From positions 256,001 to 320,000 of the forward strand of contig CAWETU010000001.1 of the NCBI GenBank assembly GCA_963812135.1: a stretch of DNA of 64,000 nucleotides, written 5' to 3'. Each line of letters begins with the position of its first letter. Within the stretch, counting starts at the first letter, position 1. Under the pieces are notes generated by a model. The model worked only from the letters and a program-made list of their open reading frames with translations, was not told where the DNA came from and made no database searches. This document shows, piece by piece, positions 47,642 to 58,018 of the stretch. This DNA is from Vulcanimicrobiota bacterium (GTDB taxonomy: Bacteria; Vulcanimicrobiota; Vulcanimicrobiia; Eremiobacterales; Eremiobacteraceae). The translations under genes and the position numbers were made by a program.

Positions 47642-48765
47642 GCGCTTGCCTTGTGCCTCATCGCGTCGACGACCGTTCCGTCCTTCACCACGAACACGTG
47701 GTGCGGTGTGTCGAGCGCGACGTCGGAGAGATCCGTCGCGGTGATGAATGCTTGCTCGAAGCCCGCGATGCTCGACAAGAACGCGCTGCGCCGCTGTTCG
47801 TCGAGCTCCGAGAGGACGTCGTCGAGCAGCAAGAGCGGCGCTTCGCCGGCGGCGGCATGGGCGAGCGCATATTCCGCCGCTTTGATCGCGAGCACGGCGG
47901 TGCGCTGCTGGCCTTGGGAACCGTAGCGCGCGAGCGGCCGGCCGCCGAGGAGAAGCGCGATGTCGTCGCGATGCGGTCCGACGAGCGCCATCTTGCGCGC
48001 GGCCTCGGCGGGCGCCAAACGCGAGAGCGCGACGGCGAGCGCGGACGCGACGGCGTCGGGGGTGTGCGCGCTCTGCGGCGGCGACGGCGCATATTCGACG
48101 TCGAATTGATCGCGGCCGCCGACCCAACGCGCGTGGACGCTTTGCGCTTCGTGCGCTAGGCGACGCACGTAGCCTGCCCGCGCGACGACGAGCCGCGTGC
48201 CGACGTCGATCACTTGCGCATTGTACGTCGCCAGCAGCGTGCGATCGGCGGCGTCGGGGGATTTGAGAAAGGCGTTCTTCTGCGCGAGCAGTTTGACGTA
48301 CGCCGCGAGATCGTGATAGTAGCCTCGGTCGATCTGCGACAACGCGGCGTTGAGCAGCCGCCGGCGCACGCCTGCCGGGCCTGTCACCAGGCCAAGGTCG
48401 GCGGGCACGAACGTCACGGCCGTGATGCCGCCGAGGAAATTGCCGTACGATATGCGCCGCCCGTTGCGGGAGAAGCGCTTACGCGCTCCGTCGCCCGAGC
48501 GCGCGATCACGCACTCGGCGGTTGCTTCGCCGGCGCGGGTGCGCACGCGCGCCGAGACGCTCGCAAGCGGTGCGTCGAACCTGATAAGATCGGATTCGCG
48601 CACGGCGCGGAAGGATTTGCCGAGCGACAGCACGCCGAGCGCTTCGAGCACGTTCGATTTGCCCTGCGCATTCGCGCCCACCAAGACGCAGGCGCCCTCC
48701 GGCGGTTCGAAACGGAGGGCGGCGTAATTGCGGAAGTTCGCGAGCTCGAGTGCCAGGACGCGCAC
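47638..48765 (-). CDS. recF: DNA replication/repair protein RecF
   Basis: NFRNY, GANAQGKSN, GPHRDD, GSQGQQR, LLLDDVLSELD. Confidence 0.96.
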   Translation of the reverse strand: MRVLALELANFRNYAALRFEPPEGACVLVGANAQGKSNVLEALGVLSLGKSFRAVRESDLIRFDAPLASVSARVRTRAGEATAECVIARSGDGARKRFSRNGRRISYGNFLGGITAVTFVPADLGLVTGPAGVRRRLLNAALSQIDRGYYHDLAAYVKLLAQKNAFLKSPDAADRTLLATYNAQVIDVGTRLVVARAGYVRRLAHEAQSVHARWVGGRDQFDVEYAPSPPQSAHTPDAVASALAVALSRLAPAEAARKMALVGPHRDDIALLLGGRPLARYGSQGQQRTAVLAIKAAEYALAHAAAGEAPLLLLDDVLSELDEQRRSAFLSSIAGFEQAFITATDLSDVALDTPHHVFVVKDGTVVDAMRHKASA

Positions 48766-48769
48766 GGAA

Positions 48770-49888
48770 CTACTGGCGCAGCGGCATGAGGATGTACAGC
48801 TGGCGCTCGGCGAGATCGCCCGTCGCGGGGCGCATCGCGCCCGGATTGAGCGCGCCTTGGAAGCTCATGGCGACCGTGTCGCTTGCGATGTGGTTCAAGA
48901 TCTCGACGAGATACTTCGCGTTGAAGGCGATCGTGAGCGGATCGCCGGTGCGCTCGACGTCTATCTCCTCGTACGCCGTTCCGGCCGTGTCAGAGCTGGC
49001 CGTGATGACGAGGCTGGTGCCGTCCATCGCGAGCTTCACCATGCTGGCGCGATCGCCCGCGACGACTTCGGCGCGCCGCAAGCTCGCGAGCAGTTTTTCC
49101 GTGCTCGCGATGACGCGCTTGTCGAACTCCTTGGGGATGACTTGTTGATAGTTCGGATATTGCCCGTCGATCAAACGCGCGATGACTTTGACGTCGCCGG
49201 TGTTGAACACGAGTTGGTTCGCCTGCCCGCCGAGCACCTTAGCTTCGATGGTGCCGCCGGCGGCGGTGCGCACGACTTCGCTCAACGCGCGGGCCGGCAC
49301 GATCAGGCGAGCGGATTGTTTGATGGGCTCGGTCAGTCCGAGCTGGTAGCGCGCGAGACGATAGCCGTCGGTCGCCACCATGGTGAGCGATGAGCCATCG
49401 AGCTCGAGCAGGGTCCCCATGAGCACGGGGCCGCGCGCCTCTTCGCTCGACGCAGCGAATGTGACGGCGGATGCCGCGTCGCGAAACGCTTTCGCGTCGA
49501 TCCGAAACTCGTCCGACGACGTGCCTTCGGGCAACGGCGGATACTCATCAGCCGGCAGCGCGAAGAATTCGTAGTTCGAGCGTTCGCATTTGCACGTCGC
49601 GCGGCTTGCGGTGCCGGTCATCTCGAGCGTCGCCGGCGGCAGGTTGGCGAGGTAGCCTGAGAACAAGCGGGCCGGCACGGTGCAACGGCCTTCCTCGAGC
49701 ACCTCGGCGTTGAATGCGTTCTCTAGGGTGAGCTCGAGATCGGTGGCGCGGACGCTGACGCGGCCTTTCTTGGCCGACAGCAAGACGTTGCCCAAGATAG
49801 GCATCGTCGTGTGCGCGTTGACCACTTTGCTCGCGGCAGCAACCGCCCCCGCGATGTCTTTCGCGTTGCAGCTGAACTTCATCGTCAC
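48770..49888 (-). CDS. dnaN: DNA polymerase III beta clamp
   Basis: ATDLE, VATDGYRLA, RLIDGQYPNY, AFNAKYL, ILMPLR. Confidence 0.96.
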   Translation of the reverse strand: MTMKFSCNAKDIAGAVAAASKVVNAHTTMPILGNVLLSAKKGRVSVRATDLELTLENAFNAEVLEEGRCTVPARLFSGYLANLPPATLEMTGTASRATCKCERSNYEFFALPADEYPPLPEGTSSDEFRIDAKAFRDAASAVTFAASSEEARGPVLMGTLLELDGSSLTMVATDGYRLARYQLGLTEPIKQSARLIVPARALSEVVRTAAGGTIEAKVLGGQANQLVFNTGDVKVIARLIDGQYPNYQQVIPKEFDKRVIASTEKLLASLRRAEVVAGDRASMVKLAMDGTSLVITASSDTAGTAYEEIDVERTGDPLTIAFNAKYLVEILNHIASDTVAMSFQGALNPGAMRPATGDLAERQLYILMPLRQ

Positions 49889-49940
49889 CCCTTAGCCTTG
49901 TCCGTGCGTAGTTATTCGCAACGTCGTCGAGTTCATTCCG

Positions 49941-50144
49941 TGGTCTTTAGAGATTTATCTTTGTCGTCGTCTTCGTATTAGTGCGGTGCATACCGAGGAT
50001 AGTGCCGGCGAGGTCGACGCGGCCTCCGTTCGCGCACCGGTGCGCCTGTGGAGGATGCTGGCCGGTCATGCACCGCGTGCACATGCGACCGCGGTCATGC
50101 CGCTAGACGGTCGCGCTGTCCACGCTTTGCGCAACCTATCCACG
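49941..50144. promoter_or_regulatory. oriC part between dnaA and dnaN: degenerate DnaA boxes and AT-rich / trinucleotide unwinding segment
   Basis: CTATCCACG 50136-50144, CTGTCCACG 50116-50124; on the minus strand two adjacent degenerate boxes (49985-50002) are followed by CTA ATA CGA AGA CGA CGA CAA AGA TAA and an AT-rich stretch. Confidence 0.55.
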
Positions 50145-50165
50145 CGGCTGCCCGCGGCGCGGTGA

Positions 50166-51551
50166 TCAGCCGTCCTGGTTGATGGTGGCGACCACCGACT
50201 TGAGCTTGCTCCGGAACTCGGGATCGCGCTCCATCTGGTCTTTGACCTTGTTGCGCGCGTACATCACGGTCGTGTGGTCCTTCTTGCCGAACTCCCGGGC
50301 GATCTGCGGCAGCGATGCGTTGGTGAGATCGCAGGCCAAGTACATGGCGATCTGGCGGGGTACGGTCAAGCGGTGGTCGCGACGCTGGCCCTCGAGCTCT
50401 TTGAGCGTGATGCCATGGAAACGCGCCACTTTCTCTTTGATGAGCGCGATCGTGACCTTGCGCAGCGGCACTTCTTGGATCTCGTTGCGCAGCACTTCGG
50501 TGGCAAGCTCGACGGTGATCGGCTTCTTATAGAGCGAGGCGTACGCGGTCAGCTTGATCAGCGCACCTTCGAGCTGCCTGATGTTGGACGGGATGATCTT
50601 GGCGATGTAGGACGTCACCTCGTGCGGCACGTCGATGTGGTCGCTCTCGGCCTTCTTGCGCAAGATCGCTTCGCGGGTCTCGAGGTCGGGCTGCTGGATG
50701 TCGGTCAACAGGCCCCATTCGAACCTTGACCGCAGCCGGTTCTCCAGCGTTTGGATGTCTTTGGGCGGCCGGTCGCTCGATATCACCAGCTGCTTGGATG
50801 CTTCGTGCAGCGTGTTGAAGGTGTGAAAGAACTCTTCTTGCGTCTGTTCTTTGCCTTCCAAGAATTGGATGTCGTCGATGAGCAGCACGTCGACCGTGCG
50901 GTAGCGATTGCGGAACTCGACCGTCTGGTTGTTCTTGATCGCGGTGATGAACTCGTTGGTGAACGTCTCTGACGAGACGTACACGACGCGCGCTTTCGGA
51001 TCGGAGACGAGCACGCGGTGGCCGATCGCGTGCATGAGGTGCGTCTTGCCCAGACCGACCGCGCCGTAGATGAACAGCGGGTTGTACGCGCGGGCGGGCG
51101 AGTCGGCGACTGCCTGCGCCGCGGCGTGCGCGAAACGATTGGTGGCCCCGACGACGAACTGTTCGAAGGTGTAGCGCTCGGTGAGGCCGGTATGGCGGAA
51201 ATCTTCAATGACAGTCGCCGCTGCGGCGCTCGGGACTGGGAGCAGGCTGGGCTCTGACTGTCCCGCACCAAGGTCCGTCTCTTCACTGATGACAAACCTG
51301 ACGTTCATGGGTGCTCCCATGATCTCGGTCAGGGTTCCTAAGATGGTCGCTTTGAGCCGGTTCTCCGCCCAATCTTTGGCAAACGCGTTTTGAACGGTCA
51401 AGGTGACTTCGTCCGTTGTCATGCGTGAGACGCGCATCGGTTTGATCCACGTTTCGAAGATGGGTTTGGTGAAACGATTTTCCAGCGCGCCCAGACAGCT
51501 CTGCCACAGATACTCTTCGTTGGTGCCGAGAACAGTTGCCACTTCCATCAC
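50166..51551 (-). CDS. dnaA: Chromosomal replication initiator
   Basis: YNPLFIYGAVGLGKTHL, LLIDDIQF, QEEFFHTFN, RLRSRF, RQIAMYL, KDHTTV. Confidence 0.98.
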   Translation of the reverse strand: MMEVATVLGTNEEYLWQSCLGALENRFTKPIFETWIKPMRVSRMTTDEVTLTVQNAFAKDWAENRLKATILGTLTEIMGAPMNVRFVISEETDLGAGQSEPSLLPVPSAAAATVIEDFRHTGLTERYTFEQFVVGATNRFAHAAAQAVADSPARAYNPLFIYGAVGLGKTHLMHAIGHRVLVSDPKARVVYVSSETFTNEFITAIKNNQTVEFRNRYRTVDVLLIDDIQFLEGKEQTQEEFFHTFNTLHEASKQLVISSDRPPKDIQTLENRLRSRFEWGLLTDIQQPDLETREAILRKKAESDHIDVPHEVTSYIAKIIPSNIRQLEGALIKLTAYASLYKKPITVELATEVLRNEIQEVPLRKVTIALIKEKVARFHGITLKELEGQRRDHRLTVPRQIAMYLACDLTNASLPQIAREFGKKDHTTVMYARNKVKDQMERDPEFRSKLKSVVATINQDG

Positions 51552-51665
51552 TCTTTCTATTTCGTTCGTAAAGGAAATCGCTGTCCGAGTCTGTGAGCGG
51601 AATCGGACGGGTTCCGCGCTTTAGGGAGCGGAAATCCTTATTCCTTCAGGGTTTGCGCGATTTTT

Positions 51666-51952
51666 CTATGCACATATCCACAACAAAACTGTGGTGCATG
51701 TGGATACGTTTTTCGCGCTTGCGCGCAAGCGCTTGCGCGACGGGCGAACGCGTCCGCGTCGTCGGATCGCCAATTGCGATCCACGGTGTGACGGCTGCGC
51801 ACAAGATTTTCGCGATTTTCGCGCGCGAATCGGAGCAATGCCATGCTCCAAAAGGGCTTGCGCCACCGCGCGTATGTATCCACAGCGTTATCCACAGGTG
51901 TGAATAGGGGAAATTCGGAGGATCGGGAGAGCTTTCAAGGCCAATATCCACA
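51666..51952. promoter_or_regulatory. oriC DnaA-box cluster between dnaA and rpmH
   Basis: Perfect TTATCCACA 51888-51896; near matches ATATCCACA 51674 and 51944, GTATCCACA 51876, TGTGGATAC 51699, TGTGAATAG 51899, CTATGCACA 51666. Confidence 0.88.
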
Positions 51953-52083
51953 GGGTTTTGCGCGGTTTTTCGCATTTCGCGCGCCGGCGCGCCATGCACC
52001 GTCCATCCACGGATGCGAGGGTCGGTCTTCTGCCCGCCATCGCCCTTGGCCTACGTCCCGCAAGGCCGGTCGCAGTCGTTTTC

Positions 52084-52113
52084 TTGACGGTATCGCGCGA
52101 GCGCGTCTATAAT
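52084..52113 (+). promoter_or_regulatory. Sigma70 promoter of the rpmH operon
   Basis: TTGACG-N18-TATAAT about 70 nt upstream of rpmH. Confidence 0.75.
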
Positions 52114-52185
52114 GGAAATCTTCGCATCGCGTCTTTTTGCAAGTGCCGCCGCGCGCGGCACTTGGTATGTAGAACCCGAGGAATC

Positions 52186-52323
52186 GTGAAACGCACTTTT
52201 CAGCCGCACAACCGCCGGCGTAAGCGGACGCACGGATTTCGGGCGCGCATGGCCACCAAAAATGGCCGCCGCGTGCTCGCTGCACGTCGACGCAAGGGGC
52301 GCACACGCCTCACGCCGGACTGA
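52186..52323 (+). CDS. rpmH: 50S ribosomal protein L34
   Basis: GTG start after [47 protein letters not shown]. Confidence 0.98.
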   Translation: MKRTFQPHNRRRKRTHGFRARMATKNGRRVLAARRRKGRTRLTPD

Positions 52324-52343
52324 CGAGCCATACGCTGTCCGCC

Positions 52344-52709
52344 ATGCGCACTTATGACAGCTTGCGCGGCAGGCGGGAGTTCACCCTCGTGATCCGCCGC
52401 GGCACGGCAGCCGCGCGCGACGCGCTCACGGTGTTCGGATTCACGCCGCGCGACGCGATGACGACCAAAATCGGCGTCGTCATCCCGAAGACCGTCGGCA
52501 AAGCGGTGCACCGCAATCGCCTGCGGCGCCGCTGCAAGGCGATCCTCGATCGCGCGCAGCTCGGACCGCCGCATCGATGGTATGTGATCTCGTGCCGGCC
52601 AGGCGCGGCCGGTCTGACGTTTGAGGAGCTTCGACATCATCTCACACGCGCGCTCGAACGCGCCGCGACGGCCAAGCCCAAGCCTGCCCCCGCTCGGCGG
52701 CGCGTATGA
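52344..52709 (+). CDS. rnpA: Ribonuclease P protein component
   Basis: [15 protein letters not shown] (RNR motif); synteny. Confidence 0.93.
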   Translation: MRTYDSLRGRREFTLVIRRGTAAARDALTVFGFTPRDAMTTKIGVVIPKTVGKAVHRNRLRRRCKAILDRAQLGPPHRWYVISCRPGAAGLTFEELRHHLTRALERAATAKPKPAPARRRV

Positions 52710-52912
52710 ACCCGCTCGTCGCCGCCATCCGCACGTATCAGCGGACGATCTCAAAGTTGCTGCCGCCGGCGTGCCGCTTCACGCCGACCTGCTCCGAGTA
52801 CGCCGCGCAGGCGATCGAACGGTACGGCGGGGTCCGCGGATCAGCGCTGGCGGCCAAGCGGCTGCTACGTTGCCACCCCTGGCATCCCGGCGGCTACGAC
52901 CCGGTGCCGTGA
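52706..52912 (+). CDS. yidD: Membrane protein insertion efficiency factor
   Basis: [22 protein letters not shown]. Confidence 0.95.
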   Translation: MNPLVAAIRTYQRTISKLLPPACRFTPTCSEYAAQAIERYGGVRGSALAAKRLLRCHPWHPGGYDPVP

Positions 52913-52935
52913 ACGCACGTATATAAGAAGAGAGA

Positions 52936-53877
52936 ATGACGATCGCGACGCTGCTCTTGCCCCTGGCCGCACTGCTGTTCGGATTCGCCAATCCGTTCAC
53001 CGAGATGTTCGACGTGCTCTCGCACTTCTTCGCGGGCATCATCGACTACATCAACGGGGTCACCCACAACTACGGCTGGTCGATGCTCGTGCTCGCACTC
53101 GTCATCCGCGTCGCCTTGATCCCGCTGTACGTCCAGCAGTTCAAATCCGCCAAAGAGATGCAGGCGCTCGCGCCCTACCTCAAGCGCTTGCAGACGAAAT
53201 ACAAAGACAACAAGCAGAAGCTCCAAGAGCAGACGATGGCGCTCTACCGCGAGCACAACGTCAATCCGCTCGGCGGCTGTCTGCCGATTCTCGTGCAACT
53301 GCCCATCCTGTGGGCGGTGTACCAGGCCATCCGCGTGCACAACGATCAGTTCAAAGGAGCGTCGTGGCTGTGGATCGGTTCGCCGCTCTCGCATCAGTAT
53401 TCGCATATCCTCGCCACCAATCTGTTCCAGCCCGACATGGTGCTGCTGTTCCTGTACGCGGTGTCGCTGTATTTCTCGGTCAAGCTCACGCCGATGCCGA
53501 GCGCCGACCCGCAAATGGCGACGCAGATGAAGATCCAGTCGCTCATCATGCCGGTCGCGCTGTTCTTCTTCTTACGCGGCTATCCGTCGGGCTTCGTGCT
53601 GTACTGGCTGGGCTTCAACGTCATCAGCATGGTGCAGCAATGGATCGTGATGCGCGCGCCGTCGCGCATCGCCGCGCCGCCCGCCGAGACGCCGGCCACG
53701 TTGGCCGGCTACCCGTTGGATTGTCCGTCGTGCAACGAGCGGCTCGTTATCGTCAAAGGCAGCAAGTGTGAGAAGTGCGGGGCGAAGGTACGTAAGCTCC
53801 AGCCCAGCGGCAACGGCGCGGCCACCGCGCCAGCCGCGCTCAAACAATCAGATAAAGGGGCAAAGCAAGGCTCATGA
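52936..53877 (+). CDS. yidC: YidC/Oxa1 insertase, short form with C-terminal Zn ribbon
   Basis: NYGWS, KEMQALAP, NPLGGCLPILVQLP, PSGFVLYW. Confidence 0.93.
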   Translation: MTIATLLLPLAALLFGFANPFTEMFDVLSHFFAGIIDYINGVTHNYGWSMLVLALVIRVALIPLYVQQFKSAKEMQALAPYLKRLQTKYKDNKQKLQEQTMALYREHNVNPLGGCLPILVQLPILWAVYQAIRVHNDQFKGASWLWIGSPLSHQYSHILATNLFQPDMVLLFLYAVSLYFSVKLTPMPSADPQMATQMKIQSLIMPVALFFFLRGYPSGFVLYWLGFNVISMVQQWIVMRAPSRIAAPPAETPATLAGYPLDCPSCNERLVIVKGSKCEKCGAKVRKLQPSGNGAATAPAALKQSDKGAKQGS

Positions 53878-54659
53878 ACGACTACGGTTCGGGATCCAAT
53901 CACGGCCGCGGCGACCGTCCGCCGGGCGGACGAGGCGGCGGGTCGCGCTATGGTCGCGGTGGTTTTAGCGGACGCGGCGGCGCGCCAGGCGGACGTCGCC
54001 CCGAAGGCCGCAACGGCGGCCGCTATGATCGCAATGCCGGGCGCGGCGAGAGCCGCGGCCGTCCGCCGGCGCGCAAGGTGTGCCCGCCGGAACTGCGCGA
54101 GCCGTTCATGGAGGCGCGCGACTTCCTCGCCGGCCTCATCGCCGCGCTCGGATTGCCGGCGCGTCTGTCGTACGGCGGCATCGAACCCGCGCGCGACGGC
54201 CGTCAGGTGACGATCGACGTGCGTGGTCTGCAGCCGGCCGGTCCGCCGGATCGTTTCCGGCGCGATGAAGAGGCGGATGACGATCTCGCCATCCTCATCG
54301 GCAAGCACGGCGCGATGCTCGACGCGCTTACGGCGATCATCAATGCGGTGATGCACCGCGGCGAGTCCGACGGTTTGTTCTTCGCGGTCGACGTCGAAGG
54401 CTATCGCTCGCGGCGCGTCGCCACGCTGCGCTCGATCGCACAACGCAGCGCCGAGCGAGCGCTGCGCGAAGGCGTCGCGATCGAACTCTTACCGATGCCG
54501 CCTTCCGAACGGCGCATCATCCACTTGACGCTGGCGGCGCATCCCGCGCTTGCCACCGAATCGACGGGCAGCGGCATGAACCGGCGGGTGGTGATCGTGC
54601 CGCGCGACGCGCAAGAACGTCCGCCGGATTACGGACCCGAGGAAGAACCCGGCTACTGA
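53874..54659 (+). CDS. khpB: Jag/KhpB (EloR) KH-R3H RNA-binding protein
   Basis: LIGKHGAMLDAL (KH), DVEGYR, ERRIIH (R3H); follows yidC. Confidence 0.88.
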   Translation: MNDYGSGSNHGRGDRPPGGRGGGSRYGRGGFSGRGGAPGGRRPEGRNGGRYDRNAGRGESRGRPPARKVCPPELREPFMEARDFLAGLIAALGLPARLSYGGIEPARDGRQVTIDVRGLQPAGPPDRFRRDEEADDDLAILIGKHGAMLDALTAIINAVMHRGESDGLFFAVDVEGYRSRRVATLRSIAQRSAERALREGVAIELLPMPPSERRIIHLTLAAHPALATESTGSGMNRRVVIVPRDAQERPPDYGPEEEPGY

Positions 54660-54693
54660 TCGGGTTGCCGCGCATGCGGTAGGACGACCGGTC

Positions 54694-56070
54694 ATGACAT
54701 CGGCCCACGACGACACGATCGCCGCGATCGCCACGCCGCCCGGCGTTTCGGCGGTGGCGATCGTGCGCGTCTCCGGCCGCGATGCGCGGGCGATCGCCGC
54801 AGCGGTCTTCGAACCTGCGCGCGGCGGCGCGCTGCGCGCCGCACATGCGCGGCGCGGCTGGCTGCGCGATCCAGCAACTCGCCAACGCGTCGACGACGCG
54901 CTCGCGCTCTTGTTTCCCGCCCCCAATTCGTATACCGGTGAAGATGTGGTCGAGCTGCACGTGCATGGCGGAACGGGTGTCGTCGCGTCGGCGCTCGCGC
55001 ACGTCGTGTCGGCAGGCGCGCGGCTCGCCGGTCCCGGCGAATTCACGCGGCGCGCATTCGTCAATGGCAAACTCGATCTAGCACAGGCCGAAGCCGTCGC
55101 TGATCTGATCGACGCGCAATCGCGACAGGCTGCGGCAGCGGCCGCCGCTCGGTTGGAGGGCGCGCTCGGTCGCGAGTTGCGCGTGCTGCGCGAGGCGCTG
55201 ACCGCCCGGCTCGTGGAGCTCGAAGCCCACGTCGATTATCCCGATGAAGTGCCGCCGCCCGATGCGCCGGCGTTCGAGCGCACCCTTGCGCACCAGCTCG
55301 CGCGCATCGATGAGCTGCTTGCCGGTTCGGGACCGGCGCGCGCGCTGCGCGACGGGCTCGACTGCGTGATCGCCGGACCCCCGAACGCCGGCAAGTCGTC
55401 GCTGCTCAACGCGCTGCTCGATGCGGAACGCGCGATCGTCTCCGACACGCCCGGCACCACGCGCGACATCGTCGAAGACCGCGTCGCGGTCGACGGCGTC
55501 GTGCTACGCTTGCGCGACACGGCGGGCTTGCGCGTGGCCTCGGACGCGATCGAAGCCGAGGGCGTGACGCGCGCGCGCCGCGCGATCGGTGTCGCCGAAT
55601 TGGTCATCGTCGTGTTGGACGGCGCGCAAGCGCTCGACGGCGGAGCGCGCGAAGCGCTCGCCGCAAGCGCCGGCCGCACGCGCATCATCTTCTTGAACAA
55701 ACTCGATCTCGGCGACGCCGGCGCACGGCAATTCGCGGCCGAGCATCCCGGCGACGGCGCCATCAGCGGCAGTGTCCGATGGCCGGCGACGCTCGCGGTG
55801 CTGCGCGCGCGAATCGCCCAACTTGGATGGGGCGGCGCTGCGATCGCCGCGAACGCGGCGCTGGTCGCAAACGCGCGACAAGTGGAATCGCTCGTGCGCG
55901 CACGCGAAGCGCTCGAACACGCGCGTGCGACGCTACGCAGCGGCGCGCCGCTCGATCTTGCATCCGGTGATCTGCGCGCGGCGATCGCGGCGTACGGCGA
56001 AGTGACGGGTGAAACGGTCACTGAGGATGTGCTCGACGGCATCTTCGCGCGCTTTTGCGTCGGTAAATAA
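54694..56070 (+). CDS. mnmE: tRNA modification GTPase
   Basis: DTIAAIATP, SYTGED, GEFTRRAF, GPPNAGKSS, GTTRD, DTAG, FCVGK. Confidence 0.96.
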   Translation: MTSAHDDTIAAIATPPGVSAVAIVRVSGRDARAIAAAVFEPARGGALRAAHARRGWLRDPATRQRVDDALALLFPAPNSYTGEDVVELHVHGGTGVVASALAHVVSAGARLAGPGEFTRRAFVNGKLDLAQAEAVADLIDAQSRQAAAAAAARLEGALGRELRVLREALTARLVELEAHVDYPDEVPPPDAPAFERTLAHQLARIDELLAGSGPARALRDGLDCVIAGPPNAGKSSLLNALLDAERAIVSDTPGTTRDIVEDRVAVDGVVLRLRDTAGLRVASDAIEAEGVTRARRAIGVAELVIVVLDGAQALDGGAREALAASAGRTRIIFLNKLDLGDAGARQFAAEHPGDGAISGSVRWPATLAVLRARIAQLGWGGAAIAANAALVANARQVESLVRAREALEHARATLRSGAPLDLASGDLRAAIAAYGEVTGETVTEDVLDGIFARFCVGK

Positions 56071-56158
56071 ATCGCACCATCCGCTTCTTCTGTTAGCTTT
56101 GCAACGCAAAGTAGAGCCGTAGGGGCTTGCGCGCGCGCAGGGAAATCCGGATGAGCAC

Positions 56159-58018
56159 ATGAGCGACTCAGATTTCGACGTCATCGTCATCGGCGGCGGC
56201 CACGCCGGCTGCGAAGCCGCGCTCGCGGCTGCCCGCATGGGCGTGCGCACGCTGGTCGTGACCGGCAAACTCGAGACGATCGGCTTGATGCCGTGCAATC
56301 CGTCCATCGGCGGACCCGCCAAGGGCCAGCTCGCGCGCGAAGTCGATGCGTTGGGCGGCGAGATGGGCCGTTGCATCGACGACACGTATTTGCACGTACG
56401 CTGGCTCAACGAGAGCCGCGGGCCGGCGGTGCGGGCGTTGCGCGCGCAAGCCGACAAGGTCGCGTATGCGCGCCGCATGCGCGCCGCGCTGGAGGCGCAG
56501 CCGGATCTCGCGTTACTCGAAGCGTTCGTCGTCGATCTTATGACCGATGCGGACGGCGTGAGCGGCGTCGTGCTCGCGGACGGTTCGCTCGTGCGTGCCC
56601 GCCAGGTCGTGCTCTCGGCAGGCACATTCATGAGCGGCAAGCTCTTCGCCGGCGAAAAGAGCAGCGCGGGCGGCCGCATCGGCGAAGCGCCGAGCCTCGG
56701 CTTATCCGACGCGTTGCGCCGGCTCGGATTTCCGACTGTCCGGCTCAAGACCGGCACGCCGCCGCGCGTGCATCGCGACTCGATCGACTTTTCCAAGACG
56801 GAGACGCAGCCGCCAAGTCCGGTGCCGCTCACGTTCTCGTATCGCAGCCGCCCAGCGTTTCCCGGGCCGCAGCTGGCGTGCCACATCACGCACACCGACG
56901 AGCGCACGCACGCGCTCATCCGGGCGAATCTGCACCGCTCTCCGATGTACGGACTCGGAATGATCGAAGGCATTGGTCCGCGCTACTGCCCGTCGATCGA
57001 AGACAAGGTGATGAAGTTCGCGCACAATCCGAGCCATCAGATCTTTCTCGAGCCGGAAGGTTGGGAGACGGCGTGGATCTACGTCGGCGGATTCTCAACG
57101 TCGTTGCCCGAGGACGTGCAGCTCAAAATGTTGCACACGCTGCCCGGACTTGAAAATGCGCAGATGTTGCGCGCAGGCTACGCGGTCGAATACGACGTCG
57201 TGCCGCCGACCGAGTTGCGCGCAACGCTAGAAACCATGCGGGTTTGCGGGCTTTTTCACGCCGGCCAAGTCAACGGCACGTCGGGCTACGAAGAAGCCGC
57301 CGCGCAAGGCATCGCCGCCGGCATCAACGCGGCGCGGCGCGCACAAGGTCGCGCAGCCGTGACGTTCTCGCGCAGCACGTCGTACATCGGCACGCTGGTC
57401 GACGACCTGATCACAAAGGGCGCGCCCGAACCGTATCGCATGCTCTCGTCGCGCGCCGAGTTCCGGCTGCTGCTGCGCCATGACAACGCCGACGAACGCA
57501 TGACGCCGCTCGGCCGCGAGATCGGATTGGTTGACGACTGCGCGTGGTCCGAATTCGAGCAGCGCATCGAAGCGCTCGCACGCGAACGCACGCGCCTTGA
57601 AACCACCAAAGCCGATCCGCCGCTCGCGGCCGCGTGCGACGCCGAACCCGGCATCACGCTCGCGCAGCTGCTGCGCCGGCAAGGCACGGACTATGCGGCC
57701 GTCGCCGGCGCCGGCCGCTTGGGGCCGGAGCTCGGCGAGCGCGTCGTGATCCATCTGCGCTACGAAGGCTACATCAAGCGCCAAGCCTTACAGGTCGAAC
57801 GGCTCGCCAAGGCCGAGAATGCGCCGATCCCCGATGATTTCGACTTTGCCGGTTGCCGCGGGCTCTCGCGCGAGGCGCGCGAGAAGCTGCAGGCGCGGCG
57901 TCCCCGGACGCTCGGCCAAGCCGGCCGGATCCCAGGGGTCAGCCCGGCGGACGTGGCGGTGCTGTCGGTCTTCCTCCACAAGCGCACGGGGTTGGAAACG
58001 CTGGCCGCGGGCGCGTGA
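56159..58018 (+). CDS. mnmG: tRNA uridine-5-carboxymethylaminomethyl modification enzyme
   Basis: [53 protein letters not shown]. Confidence 0.97.
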   Translation: MSDSDFDVIVIGGGHAGCEAALAAARMGVRTLVVTGKLETIGLMPCNPSIGGPAKGQLAREVDALGGEMGRCIDDTYLHVRWLNESRGPAVRALRAQADKVAYARRMRAALEAQPDLALLEAFVVDLMTDADGVSGVVLADGSLVRARQVVLSAGTFMSGKLFAGEKSSAGGRIGEAPSLGLSDALRRLGFPTVRLKTGTPPRVHRDSIDFSKTETQPPSPVPLTFSYRSRPAFPGPQLACHITHTDERTHALIRANLHRSPMYGLGMIEGIGPRYCPSIEDKVMKFAHNPSHQIFLEPEGWETAWIYVGGFSTSLPEDVQLKMLHTLPGLENAQMLRAGYAVEYDVVPPTELRATLETMRVCGLFHAGQVNGTSGYEEAAAQGIAAGINAARRAQGRAAVTFSRSTSYIGTLVDDLITKGAPEPYRMLSSRAEFRLLLRHDNADERMTPLGREIGLVDDCAWSEFEQRIEALARERTRLETTKADPPLAAACDAEPGITLAQLLRRQGTDYAAVAGAGRLGPELGERVVIHLRYEGYIKRQALQVERLAKAENAPIPDDFDFAGCRGLSREAREKLQARRPRTLGQAGRIPGVSPADVAVLSVFLHKRTGLETLAAGA

